This document shows, in pieces, positions 49,641 through 62,288 of a stretch of 64,000 nt of DNA. The notes beneath the pieces were generated by a model. That model was not told where the DNA came from. It made no database searches and saw only the letters and a program-made list of their open reading frames with translations. Source of the DNA: Octopus sinensis (taxonomy: Eukaryota); contig NC_042997.1 in NCBI RefSeq assembly GCF_006345805.1, positions 112,406,001-112,470,000 of the forward strand, given 5' to 3'. Position numbers and translations under genes: made by a program. The number at the start of each line of letters is the position of its first letter. Position 1 is the stretch's first letter.

Positions 49641-49827
49641 TATATAGTACAAAGTAAGATAGGGGTTATGGGTGTAACCCACTATGGGATAGCATGATAG
49701 CATTTATCCAATATACTGTTGGTACAGTACCCAGATTCTTAATACATAAATGTTTTTAACTGCAATGGAATTAACTCATTTATTGTATTAAACAGGTGAA
49801 GGTAAAGAAATAAGTTTACTGTAAATT

Positions 49828-50078
49828 TATAATACAAATAAGAAAATGGAGAAACAAGTTTGTTCATCAACTTTCGGATATTATAATGTTGGATTATTTA
49901 TTCATTTAACAAAATGAAAACATCAAAAGTATACATTTTATATGTATTCAATTATAAGATATATATGTATGCTTTTGATGTTCTCATTTTGTTAAATGAA
50001 TAAATAATCCAACACTAGAATATCCGAAAGTTGATGAACAAACTAATTTTGTTTCTCCATTTTCTTATTTGTATTATA
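49828..50078. repeat. Inverted-repeat MITE (about 108-bp arms, about 30-bp spacer)
   Basis: 49828-49935 is the reverse complement of about 49966-50078 with few mismatches. Confidence 0.85.
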
Positions 50079-50116
50079 TATATATATCTTATTGTGCCTG
50101 GGGAGAGTTGTAGTGC

Positions 50117-50319
50117 CTTAATATAACACACTCACCAGTTCAATCTCCACTCATTTCGTTATTTATCCCTGAAAGCTTTTGTCACTGCATTTAGAGCAAT
50201 ATCAATGGATTTTGACTCTCAAAATCCATTGATACAGTAACAAAAAGGCTTTCAGGAATAAATGAATAAACTAATATATAATTGAGTGGAAATTGAACTG
50301 GTGAATGTGTTATATTAAG
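50117..50319. repeat. Hairpin-type MITE related to 34484-34733
   Basis: Centre tcaatggattttga-ctc-tcaaaatccattga. Shares taacacactcaccagtt.aat.tccact with the 34.5-kb hairpin. Confidence 0.75.
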
Positions 50320-50529
50320 CGGTGTCAATTGAAAGCTGAAACAATGCAAAGTGCACTGTGGCCAGTGATGTATAACAACATCCAATAATCTGGTCAATAC
50401 CATGATATACACACATACATATATACACTCACACACATATATAAAAGCATTACAATGTGTATATTGTCACTGTAGTAGGTATATATAAACACTGGCGTGC
50501 ATTCTGTTACAGTAGTATGTATATATATG

Positions 50530-50575
<46 letters not shown>

Positions 50576-50642
50576 ATATAAACATAACGGTGGGGGCATA
50601 TTGTCACTGTAATAAACACACAGACAGAAACCATTTACAAAC

Positions 50643-50750
50643 CTTACTGGTGTTAATTATCTTAAAACGAGCTTTTGCTTTTTTGCCTACAATTACATTG
50701 CTGAACATAAACTTCTTTTCTAATTCACCATAAACACCTCCACTGTCAAT
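50643..50750 (-). CDS. HYDIN: HYDIN exon (IDSGGVYGELEKKFMFSNVIVGKKAKARFKIINTSK)
   Basis: cag|ATT acceptor, AAG|gtttgt donor, 108 nt. Resembles human IESGGLFVEDENKFIFCNVLVGRQAKARFKISN. Confidence 0.92.
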
Positions 50751-50805
50751 CTGTAAATTGATAATAATAACAATTATAATAATAATAATGATAATAATAA
50801 TGATA

Positions 50806-51200
50806 ATAATCAGAAATTCAAAAAATAGTGTTCATGGGGACTGCCCATTTCCTACATATGTTGTCACTTGAGGTCTCAGGGTGAGACTTGGAGTCAACAT
50901 GTACAAATACAAAGCAAAAGTCAAACATAATAATAATAATAATCTTAAGTATGAAATAGCCCAGCTATGGGAAATGAAGAAGGTGAAGATAGTGGTAATT
51001 ATTGTTGGGTCCTTGGGAACAGCATCAGAATGCATCAAGGGGAATATAAAGAAAATTGGAATAGAGTTCCCAGTAGAACTGTTACAAACAATTTAACTCC
51101 TTGGCATGGCAGGAATAACCAGGAAAGTACAATGATAGATGAAAAGAATGGAGAACATGGTACTGTCGTTTTACTTGGAAAGAAATGCAGCTATTCTAGT
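50806..51200 (+). mobile_element. Two short R4/Dong-type LINE 3' ends separated by (TAA)n
   Basis: EIQKIVFMGTAHFL + UTR + (TAA)n, then LKYEIAQLWEMKKVKIVVIIVGSLGT...IEFPVELLQ. Confidence 0.7.
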
Positions 51201-51678
51201 TTAATTTTGAATGTTTCAGCATTTCCTGTCTTTGATACTGCTGCTGCTGCTGCTACTGCTACTACTACTACTACTACTAATAATAATAATATTGGAAATG
51301 CTATCATGTACATTGTTTTGTCTTGGTATAAAAGATGGGCTACAACAAATATTTTGCTCAATACTACAGATTTACTTGTCAGTTGATTAACAATAATAAT
51401 AATAATAATAATAATATCTTCTGGAGGAGTTACCTCAATCCTTTCTATATTAACCAAAATGAAGTATATTGACAGATTTATTTTTTGAACCAGTTGAAGA
51501 CACTCGAGATGTCGAAATATCGTTCACTAGATAACAATGGCACTCTTCTTTTAATTTTGACTCTATATCTTCTGGAGGAGTTACCTTTATATATTAATAA
51601 CAATAATAATAATAGTAATAATAATAATAATAATAATAATGATAATAATAATAATAATGATAATAATAATAATAATAA

Positions 51679-53693
51679 GCGCAGAAATCTAAGCTCTTCA
51701 CGGATTGATTATAAAAAAGCCTTTGACAGCATACCGCATTCGTGGATTTTGAAATCGCTGGACATTTTCAAAATATCTCCTGTGATTTCAGATTTTTTAA
51801 AGTATAATATGTCACTATGGAACACGAAGCTCCAATTATATCATTCTAATGGAGTATTGCGCTCAGACAATATTAGCATAAACTGTGGCATTTTCCAAGG
51901 TAACTCACTTTCACCAATAATTTTCTGCATAGCACTAATACCACTCTCAAGTGAACTGAATAGAACAGGATATGGCTACAAAATTGACAACAAGAAAATA
52001 AGCCATCTATTTTATATGGATGATTTAAAACTATATGGCAAAGATAATGAAGAGCTTGAAGGATTATTACATACTGTGAAAGGATTCAGTGATGATATCA
52101 GGATGGATTTTGGCCTTGAAAAGTGTGCTAAAGCCACTTTTAAGAAAGGGAAATTGGTAAAGTCTAGTTCAATCGAATTAGATGTCGAAACAGTAATAAA
52201 GGAACTTGAGCAGGTACAAACCTATAAATACCTAGGAATAAATGAAGGCTCTGGTATCCAGCATGCAAGCATGAAAGAGAAGTTTAAGAAGGAATGTTAT
52301 AGAAGAGTTCGAGCAGTCCTGAAGTCTGAGCTGAATGCATATAATAAGGTGTTAGCCATAAATTCCTGAGCAGTACCAGTTGTTCTTTATAGCTTCAATG
52401 TGCTTAACTGGAATACCAGTGAAATAATGAAAATTGACAGAAAAATCCTCAAACTCCTGGCTTGTAATAAGATGCACTATCCAAAGGCAGACGTGGATTG
52501 TTTTTACCTTCTCAGAGCTCAGGAAGGTCAAGGTTTGATCCAGCTTGAACTTACATACAAAACCACCACAATCAGACTGGCCAAATACCTTGAAGCAACC
52601 AAACATGAAAGACCGAAAAAACTTCACTCTATTCTCAAAGAGAGCAAAAAATTCGCTGCTGATCTCTTAGATATCCACCAGATTGATCAGGCTGAAGGAA
52701 ATGCGCCAACTGCTACTGCAAAGAAAATAAAATTAATTACAAAGACAAAAGCACATGAAAACTTAGCTAGCAGATGGGAACAGAAACCTCTCCATGGCAA
52801 GTATGTGGCCCATAGCAAACAAGCTGATGTCGACCTGAAACATACGCACCAATGGTTACGAAGCTCAGGGCTAAAAGCAGAGAGTGAAGGTTTCATATTA
52901 GCTGCTCAAGACCAAAGCTTATTAACCCGAAACTACCAAGCCAATGTGATAAAAAAAAATGGAGCTGACCCAAAATGCCGATTCTGTAACAATGAGATTG
53001 AAACAATAGACCACCTAATCTCAGGGTGTAGAGTCTTAGCACCTGCAGAATATAAAGCAAGACATGACAGAGTCGGCCAGTATTTACATTGGACAATATG
53101 TCGGCATTACAAAATCAAAACTGCTGACAAATGGTATAAACACCATCCTGAAGCTGTGACTGAGGGAGAAAATGCATCAATTCTATGGGACTTCCCCGTA
53201 CAGACCGACAAAACTATAAAAGCTAATAAACCGGATATTATTATAAAAGATCAAACAAAAAAGATGTGTTTATTAATTGACATGAGTATTCCTTGCGATC
53301 ACAATATAGAAATTTGACAAGATTAGTAAATATAAAGACTTGCTAATAGAAATTGAAAAAATGTGGCATCTCAAGGCGACCACAGAACCAGTGATTGTAG
53401 GATCTCTAGGAATGATAAAAAAAGGTACTGAAACCTATTTGAAAATGATTCCAGGCTTACCATCCTTACAGGAAGTGCAAAAAATCGTATTAACTGGAAC
53501 GGCTAGTGTACTGAGAAGAGCATTATCGCTGTAAAAACAACATCCATCCATATTTATTAATTTTTAAATACATATTTTATCTGTGAATTTGCGCATGTAA
53601 TCTGGGAATGCATACACTGAGCTTCTCTGCCCTAGGTGTATGGTAAACACTCGGCGAGAAACGGAAGAAATTTGAAGAAAGAAGGAAAAAACA
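51679..53693 (+). mobile_element. 5'-truncated R4/Dong-clade LINE (RT + CCHC + RLE) inserted in (TAA)n
   Basis: IDYKKAFDSIPH, GIFQGNSLSP, FYMDDLKLY, CRFC...ETIDHLISGC, RHD, KPDIII..LLIDMSIP, VGSLG. (TAA)n on both sides. Confidence 0.9.
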
Positions 53694-54100
53694 TAATAAT
53701 AATAATGGTAATAATAATGCCGATGCAGTACCAGGCAAGTGGCTCTTGTGGCTTCTGATCTTAACTGATTGGAAGTGTTATCATGTACATTGTTTTGTCT
53801 TGGTATAAAAGATGGGCTACAGCAAATATTCTGCTCAATACCACATATTTGCTTGTCAGTTGTTTGACCATGCACATTAATTTCACAAGTGGGCTGTTCT
53901 GTTGATCAGATCAACAGGAACCCTTGATTTAATAACTGTTGGAGTGCCAGTTTTTAAAAATTTAACATGGAATTTTAATGGAAACTTGGATCTGTTTAAA
54001 GCAGGGAGTTTGTATCATAGAACCACATAGGTTGGCATCAAAGGTGTTAACTAATTTAGCCAATAATTCTATCTAAAGATTCTACCAATGTTAAACTTAC

Positions 54101-54271
54101 TTTGTTGTAATGCTGCCAATGTGAAAGACTTTTGCAAATGCGTTGTTCCTCAAAGATTCTGGCAATATCATCAACACAAATGGATGGTGCACAAATCTCA
54201 GCTTTTAACAAATAAACAATGCCGTGTGGTAATTTCTTGGGATCATGTTCACTGATGTCAACACATAATTC
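54101..54271 (-). CDS. HYDIN: HYDIN exon (ELCVDISEHDPKKLPHGIVYLLKAEICAPSICVDDIARIFEEQRICKSLSHWQHYNK)
   Basis: cag|GAA acceptor, AAA|gtaagt donor, 171 nt. Resembles human FIAIDISGRDP...IFEEHQIC. Confidence 0.9.
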
Positions 54272-54927
54272 CTGAAAGACATTAAGCCATACATATAACT
54301 TCGAAGTCACTGTCACTTCTCTTCTTGCAAAACTATAATAAACATGTATTCTACAAAAACATATTTATTTCTTTATTGCCCAGAGGGGGCTAAACATAGA
54401 GGGGACAAACAAGGACAGTCAAAGAGATTAAGTTGATTACATCAACACCAGGGCATAACTGGTACTTATTTAATTGACCCCGAAAGGATGGAAGGCAAAG
54501 TTGACCTCGGTGGAATTTGAACTCAGCAGACGAAATACCGCCAGGCATTTCGCCCGGCATACTAATGTTTTTGCCAGCTCGCTGTCTTTGATAGAATTAT
54601 TTATTGCCCACAGGGGGCTAAACATAGAGAGGACAAACAAGGACAGACAAAGGGATTAAGTTGATTACATAGACCCCAGGCCGTAACTAGTACTTATTTA
54701 ATCCACCCTGAAAGGATAGAAGGCAAAGTCGACCTCGGTGCAATTTGAACTCAGAACGTAACGGCAGATGAAATACCGCTAAGCATTTTGCTCCGTGTGC
54801 TAACGATTCTGCTAGCTCACTGCCCTTAAAAAATATTGAGTAGTTCTTCAGCTTAATGTTAAATTGGTTTTACTAAAACTTTACACAAAAACATACATTA
54901 ATATTAATAGATACATCAATTAAAGTA

Positions 54928-55105
54928 GTGAGGAAGACAAACAATTAGTCAAGGCAGGACTATGGCATTTAATTTCATTTAATTCAATCAGAAAATAATA
55001 AAATAATACAAAACTGTTTTTGTATTATTTGACTATTTTTTTAGATTCAATTGAATGAATTCAAATGCCATAGTCCTGCTTTGACTAATTGTTTGTCTTC
55101 TTCAC
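54928..55105. repeat. 178-bp near-perfect palindrome / hairpin MITE
   Basis: gtgaggaagacaaacaattagtcaaggcaggactatggcattt pairs with aaatgccatagtcctgctttgactaattgtttgtcttcttcac, with a loop of a few nt. Confidence 0.85.
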
Positions 55106-56703
55106 CATGTTAACCAATACCTACTAACACAAAGGTAAGCTACCAACTGCCAATTTTTTCAAACAAGACATTCGCAAAACCACAACTCCAGCCACTGTTC
55201 TAACTGGAATTTTGGTGGATTACCTACAAGAGCACTCAGAATGCATACTTATTAGTTTGGCTTACCTTGACCTAAACTCCTCATACCTTCTCTATGTATA
55301 TGTATATATGAATGTGTGTGTGGGCATCCAGCTGTAAAAACACTGCCAGATCTGATTGGGACCTGCTGCAGCCTCCTGGCTTCCCAGGCCCCAGTTGAAC
55401 CATCCAACCCATGCCAGTATGTAAAATGGACGTTAAACGATGATGATGATGATATGTCATCATCATCGTCGTCGTTGTCATCATTTAATGTCCTCCTTCC
55501 ATGCTGGCATGGGTTGGACAGTTTGGCAGCTGCTGGCCAGGCAGAAGCCTGCACCAGACTTCTGTGACTGTTTTGGCTGGATTTTTACACCTGGATGCCC
55601 TTCCTAACACCAACCACCCAGCAGAGTGGACTGAGTACTTTTTATGTGGCACCAGCATACACAAGATCAGTTTTGGCATGGTTTCTACAGCTGGATGCCC
55701 TTCCAAATGCCAACCACTTTACAGTGTGGACTGGATGCTTTTTAAGTGGCATTGGCACTGGCAGGATCACCAAGTAACTTGCAAAACAAGAATCCTTTGA
55801 GGGGAAGGGAGCACTGGGGGAGGTGATCTTGTGTCAGATGATGAAAGGTTATAATGAGACAGAGAGACAGAAACAGGTGTCTTGCTGTTTAGGAAGTACA
55901 AGGTAACTCAATCAGAGAGAGGGAGAGGGAGAGAAAGAGAGAAAAGGAGAGAGAGAGAGAGTTAACAAGAAAGAGGGCAGGAACAAGTGTGTCGCTGTAA
56001 AGGAGATAGATGGTTACCTAGGCAGAGGTAAGAGTAAGAGAAGGAGGGATTCGCTTTACCAGATGGAATTGCATGTCGTTCTCCTGTTGGCACCAGTTAT
56101 CCTAGTGAGGATGTATGACCTACTGATCACGATGTTGCGATCACGATTGTGAGATTGTGGTTTCAATTCCTGGACTGGGTGGTGCATGGTGTTCTTGAGC
56201 AAAACATTTCCTCTCACACCTTTCTGCAATCACTTCGACACCTGACGCATGGAACACCATGCACCTGTTCAGGTAACGTTGATTTGATGCAGAGAGTGAG
56301 CTAATTAATGTACAACACATGCATTTGATCGCTATAAACAACCCATTTGTGCAGCTTGTTTGGCAAAAGCTGAAAATACTCATATGTCCACCATATATGC
56401 TGAGACCCCACTTCAGTCATGACTGACCATGGGATTGCACCTAGAAAGTTACCCTCCCAGACACAAGTCCAGGCAAGGTTATTTATGGAAGACCAGCAGT
56501 CTTCCCCTCTCCAAGGGAAAGGCAAAGGGGCCAATACAGCTTGGCACCTGTGACGTCGCAACTCATTCCTACAGCTGAGTGAACTGGAGCAACATGAAAT
56601 AAAGTGTCTTGTTCAAGAACACAACACGCAGCCCGGTCAGGAATTTGAGCTCACAACCTCATGACCGTAAGCTCGATGCTCTAACCGCTGAGCCATGTGC
56701 CTT

Positions 56704-56717
56704 CACATATATATATA

Positions 56718-56760
<43 letters not shown>

Positions 56761-57179
56761 TATACACATATACATATATACACATATACATATATACACA
56801 TATACATATATACATATATACATATATATATATACATATATACATATATATACATATATACATATATATATATACATATATACATATATATATATACACA
56901 TATACATATATACATATATATATATACATATATACATATATATATATACATATACATTATACATATATACATATATATATATACATATATACATATATAT
57001 ATATATACATATATATATATACACATATACATATATATATATACATATATATACACATATACATATATATATATACATATATATACACATATACATATAT
57101 ATATATATACACATATACATATATATATACATATATATACACATATACATATATATATATTACACACATACATATATAT

Positions 57180-57214
<35 letters not shown>

Positions 57215-57245
57215 CACACATCATATATATATATATATATATCAC

Positions 57246-57286
<41 letters not shown>

Positions 57287-57571
57287 TATACACATATACA
57301 ATATATATATATATTATATATATATATACACATATATATACACATATACATATACACATATATATACACATATACATATATATATATAACATATATATAC
57401 ACATATACATACACATATACATATAATATATATATACATATATATACAACATACATACACATATACATATATATATATATATACATATATATACACATAT
57501 CATACACATATACATATATATATATATACATATATATACACATATACATATATATATACATATATCTACAC

Positions 57572-57606
<35 letters not shown>

Positions 57607-57618
57607 CTATATATACAC

Positions 57619-57657
<39 letters not shown>

Positions 57658-57664
57658 TATACAC

Positions 57665-57707
<43 letters not shown>

Positions 57708-57883
57708 TATACACATATACATATATAATATATATATATTATATATACACATTATATACACATATACTATATATATATATATATACATATATATACACAT
57801 ATACATATATATAATATATATACATATATATACACATGTACATATATATATATATATATATATACATATATATACACATGTAC

Positions 57884-57921
<38 letters not shown>

Positions 57922-58243
57922 CTATATATACACATATGCATATATATATACATATACATATATATACACATATAATATATATATCATATATACATATATA
58001 TACACATATACATATATATACACATCATACTAATATATATATATATATTATATATATATATATATTAACATATATATACACATATATATATATACATATA
58101 CATATATAATAACACAATATATATATATATATATACATATACTATATATACACAGATACATTATATATATATATATATATATACATATATATACACATAT
58201 ACATATATATTATATATACATATATATACACATATACATATAT
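56704..58243. repeat. About 1.5-kb compound (TA)n/(TACA)n microsatellite
   Basis: Directly visible. Source of all YI/IH-rich ORFs at 56609-57971. Confidence 0.97.
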
Positions 58244-60090
58244 GATTGATTGATTCTAGTTTCAGCTTATGAGCTGTGGCCATGCTGGGGCACCGCCATT
58301 TGGTGTTGCTACTTGGTTTCACTTCATGGAGGCTTTCTAGCAACTGCTTTTGGTGCATGAGAGAGTTCGATGCAGCTGCCCTCATCTGCCCCTCCTGCCG
58401 TGAAGTTGGTTCATCTGGGACACCTGACAGGAAGAGATCCAGCTTCATTTTAAAGACATCTGTATCCACCCCATGCAGGTCTCTCAGGTTCATCGGGAGG
58501 ATATTGAAGAGCTGTGAGCCTCGGAAGCCCAGGCTATCACAGAATCTTGTCCTACATCTTGATGGCAAGTTTGGAGTCCTAGGCACCACGCAGTGGCGCC
58601 CAGTTCTGGCATTTGCGTAACTCTCGATGCCAAAGTTCAGGACACTTCCCTCCAGGATCTTCCAGATGTATATTATGGCATATCTTTCCCGCCTACGCTC
58701 CATTGAATATAATTTAATCATCTCTTGAGTCTTTCCCATAGCTTACATTCTGCATAGAGGCTATCTTCTTCGTGTAGCTTCGTTGGATCGCCTCAAGTTG
58801 TGATCAACTTGACACTGGATGGTGACCATAGCTGAGAGCAATAGTCAAAGTGACTTAGGACAAGTGTCTTCCAGAGGACCATCATGGTTTCTTGTTCTCT
58901 TGTTCTAAAGGTTCTAAGAATCCATCCAGCCAGCCGTCTGCATTTCATTGTCAGTTTAGCAACATGTACATGAAAGGTCGCGTCATCACTCATGTGAATA
59001 CCCAGGTCACGCACTGATTGTGCCTCTGGGATTGCAATCCCTCCGGGTCCAGTGTATTCCTTGGGTATTGCATTCAGTTTTGCATGCTGATAGTATAAAG
59101 CTTGAAACTTTTCAGCATTGAACTGCATGCTATTCTTTTCAGCCCACTTGTATATTTCGTCCAGCTCATATTGCAGGTGCCTAGTGTCTTCAGGGTTCTG
59201 TATTGCCTGTGAAACTTTTGTATCATCTGCATAACTTGTGATCGTGGCTCTCCGCGTGGCTGAGGACATGTCTGAGAGGGCCATTATGAACAGTAGTGGT
59301 CCCAAAACAGTGCCCTGTGGAACACCACTCACTATTTGCGTGCTAATGGAAGTGGCCCCATTGGCTACTACCACCTGACTTCTATTCTTCAGAAAGTCGT
59401 GAAGCCATTCTCCTAGTTTTCCAACTATGCCAAGATCACGCAGTTTGTGACATATCATTCCATGATCGACTTTATCGAAGGCCTTTGCGAAGTCGAGATA
59501 TATGACTTCCACATTTGAGTGGTTGAGCAGTTGTTTCAGCACCCAGTCATAGTGCTGCAGGAGCTGAGTTAAGCAGCTTCTTCCTGGTCGGAAACCATGT
59601 TGGGTGTCAGGCAGCAAGTCATTTTCTTCAAGGAAGGTGATTAGTTTCCTCTGACTATTCGTTCCATGACCTTGCTGATGTGTGAGGTCAGAGAGATAGG
59701 TCTGTAGTTCTTGGCCTCCGCTCTGCTACCTCCTTTATGAATAGGGCATATTTTACCTTCCTTCATTTTTCTTGGAAGTTTGCCAGCTGCAAGGAAGCTC
59801 TGAAAGAGGAACTGCAGTGGTCTTGCTAAGACTTTCTTACATACTTTTAGGAGGATTGCCGGGAATCCATCGGGGCCAATAGCTGAGTCTATTTTCATTT
59901 CATCTATAGCCTTTATTACATCGTCTTCCTTTATATCGATGTAATTTATTGTCGCCGCCTCTGATTCTATATCTGCAGTGGTAAAGAAGTCAGTTGGATT
60001 GCTGATTTGGAGATGCCCAAGGGGTGGAGTGAAAACACTCTTGAATTGTTCATTCAGTAATTGTTCATTCTCTGGAAATTTACATCTACA
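58244..60090 (-). mobile_element. CR1/L2-group LINE, second subfamily (RT + 3' end), cut by the assembly gap
   Basis: NYRPISLTSH, QHGFRPGRSC, DFAKAFDKVDH, YADD, DYCSQLWSP and ERRRERY. Tail ...gaaactagaat(caat)n. Confidence 0.92.
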
Positions 60091-60190
60091 NNNNNNNNNN
60101 NNNNNNNNNNNNNNNNNNNNNNNNNNNNNNNNNNNNNNNNNNNNNNNNNNNNNNNNNNNNNNNNNNNNNNNNNNNNNNNNNNNNNNNNNN
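60091..60190. other. Assembly gap (100 N)
   Basis: Run of N. Confidence 1.
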
Positions 60191-60684
60191 CACAAACACA
60201 CACACACACATATACATGACAGGCTTCTTTCAGTTTCCGTCTACCAAATCCACTCACAAGGCTTTGGTCGGCCTGAGGCTATAATAGAAGACACTTGCCC
60301 AAGGTGCCACACAGTGGGATTGAACCAGGAACCATGTGGTTGGTAAGCAAGCTACTTACTACACAGCCATATATATATATATATTATATATATACATAAT
60401 ATATATACATACATATTTATATATATCATCATTATCGTTTTAAAATTCGCTTTTCCATGCTTGCATGAGTCAAATGGGATTTTGTTGGACTGGATTTTAT
60501 ATGGCTGGATGTCCTTCATTTTCTTGCCAACCTTCATCTGTTTTCAAGCAACGTAATATTTCTTCAAGGCCTCATATGTTTTTATGGAAGAGCGAAAATG
60601 AAGGATACTGCTTGCATGATGGTGACACTCATTTACAAGTCTCCATGTGATGTCAAGGCGAAGTTAGTAATACACACACGCACA

Positions 60685-61900
60685 CACAGGGTGTGGACAG
60701 TATTTGCAAGATAGACTGTCCGCACACACAGGGTGTGGACAGTATTTGCAAGATAGACTGTCTCAGGAAAAAATGAAAGTGGTTTTAATTTTTTGAGATA
60801 TATTTGTCAAATTTGGGTCAATTTATCTTCCTGAACTGTTCTGTCAATCTCACTCAATGAATACGCCTTTGGCCTTGATGATTGTCTCCAGGTGACCTTG
60901 GAACTGGCCACAGGCCTTCATCACAATCTCCCATTTTAGGACCCAGGAGGCCTTGGTAATCCTAGCTCTTAGCTCATCCTTCATGGAGTAGCTGGATTTG
61001 TTGGCCTCTTGTTCCACTGTGCCCCAACAAAGGCATCAAGGGGGTTGTTGTCAGGCAAGTTGGGAGGCCAAATGTTAGGTGCTGTGTGATCAAAGAAATT
61101 CTCCAACAGTCAGGCCTGGGTCTTCTGGTTAGTGTAGCAGGGTGCAAAATGTTGTTGCACCACATACAGCCTCCCTGCAGCTACCTGATTGATCCAGGGC
61201 TTTATCACCACACACAGAACACAGATGTAGCCATCGGTATTCAGTCTAATACTCTCAGGGAAGTGGAGTAACATGATGTCCCTTTCATTGCTGACAACAC
61301 TGAAGACCATGATTGTCATTGGAAATTTCATCTTCATGACTCTTGGTATGTCCTTCAGTGAGACAGTGAGCCACCTGTTTTTCTGGGAGTTGATCTGGCT
61401 TTCTGTTTTTCTGGAAGTTGATCTTCTCATTAGAGAAGAACCACAGCTTGTCTGGCTCCATCAGGTGTTTCAACTTATTGGTCAACCCCTCCATATACCT
61501 GAATCCCTTTTCCGCTATCGCCTTCAACACAAATTCTCTCTTCCTCATTTCGTATGAATAGTAATGAATGTCCTTATGTAATGCCAGCATGACGAGCTTT
61601 TCTTCCACACCTTTCTCCAGAGCAGTGGCATGCATCATGTTGCTGGGATTATTGTTGATGATCTCCAAAATTCCATCGATGAATTTCAGTACTCTGATGG
61701 CATCAGATCGTCGATCATGGGTTTATCTCTCTGTTGTTGCCTCATAATCAAAACCTGAATCTTCCAGCTCCTTTCTGACCTTTTCCACCATCCTTTTGGC
61801 TGATGTTGAGGAAGTCTGAAATATCTTAGTTTGTCCTTCTGGTATGGATTCTAAGAACTTCATACCTCTTCCACAAATTGGGCGTAGGGAGGTTCAAAAT
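60685..61900 (-). mobile_element. Tc1/mariner superfamily relic, DD37D (maT-like) transposase
   Basis: WFFSNEK (D to N), VQQHFAPCY (D to H), WPPNLPDNNPLD. I count 37 codons between the 2nd and 3rd catalytic positions. cagggtg-type terminus at the left; right terminus not found. Confidence 0.8.
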
Positions 61901-62288
61901 TTTCCATACTCAATTATTCTTCATAAAAAAAAATAAAGCAAAAATTTGAGAAGAAAAAGACTAACAACCAAAGTAAAAAAAAAAAAAACATGCATGAAAT
62001 TAGCAGTTGAAAATTGTAAACATTTATTTCTTTATTGCCCACAAGGGGCCAAATATAGAGGGGAAAAACAAGGACAGACAAAGAGATTAAGTCGATTACA
62101 TTGGCCCCAGTGTGTAACTGGTACTTATTTAATTGACCTCCAAAAGGATGAAAGGCTAAGTTGACCTCGGCGGAATCTGAACTCAGAACATAGCAGCAGA
62201 CAAAATACTGCTAAGCATTTCACCCGGCAAGCTAACAATTCTGCCAGCTCACACTCTGTATGTATGATGAGTGGCTTCTCTCAGTTTC

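Noticed and set aside
56609-57971. Long 240-415-aa ORFs rich in Y/I/H/T
   Set aside because: Translations of the TA/CA microsatellite.
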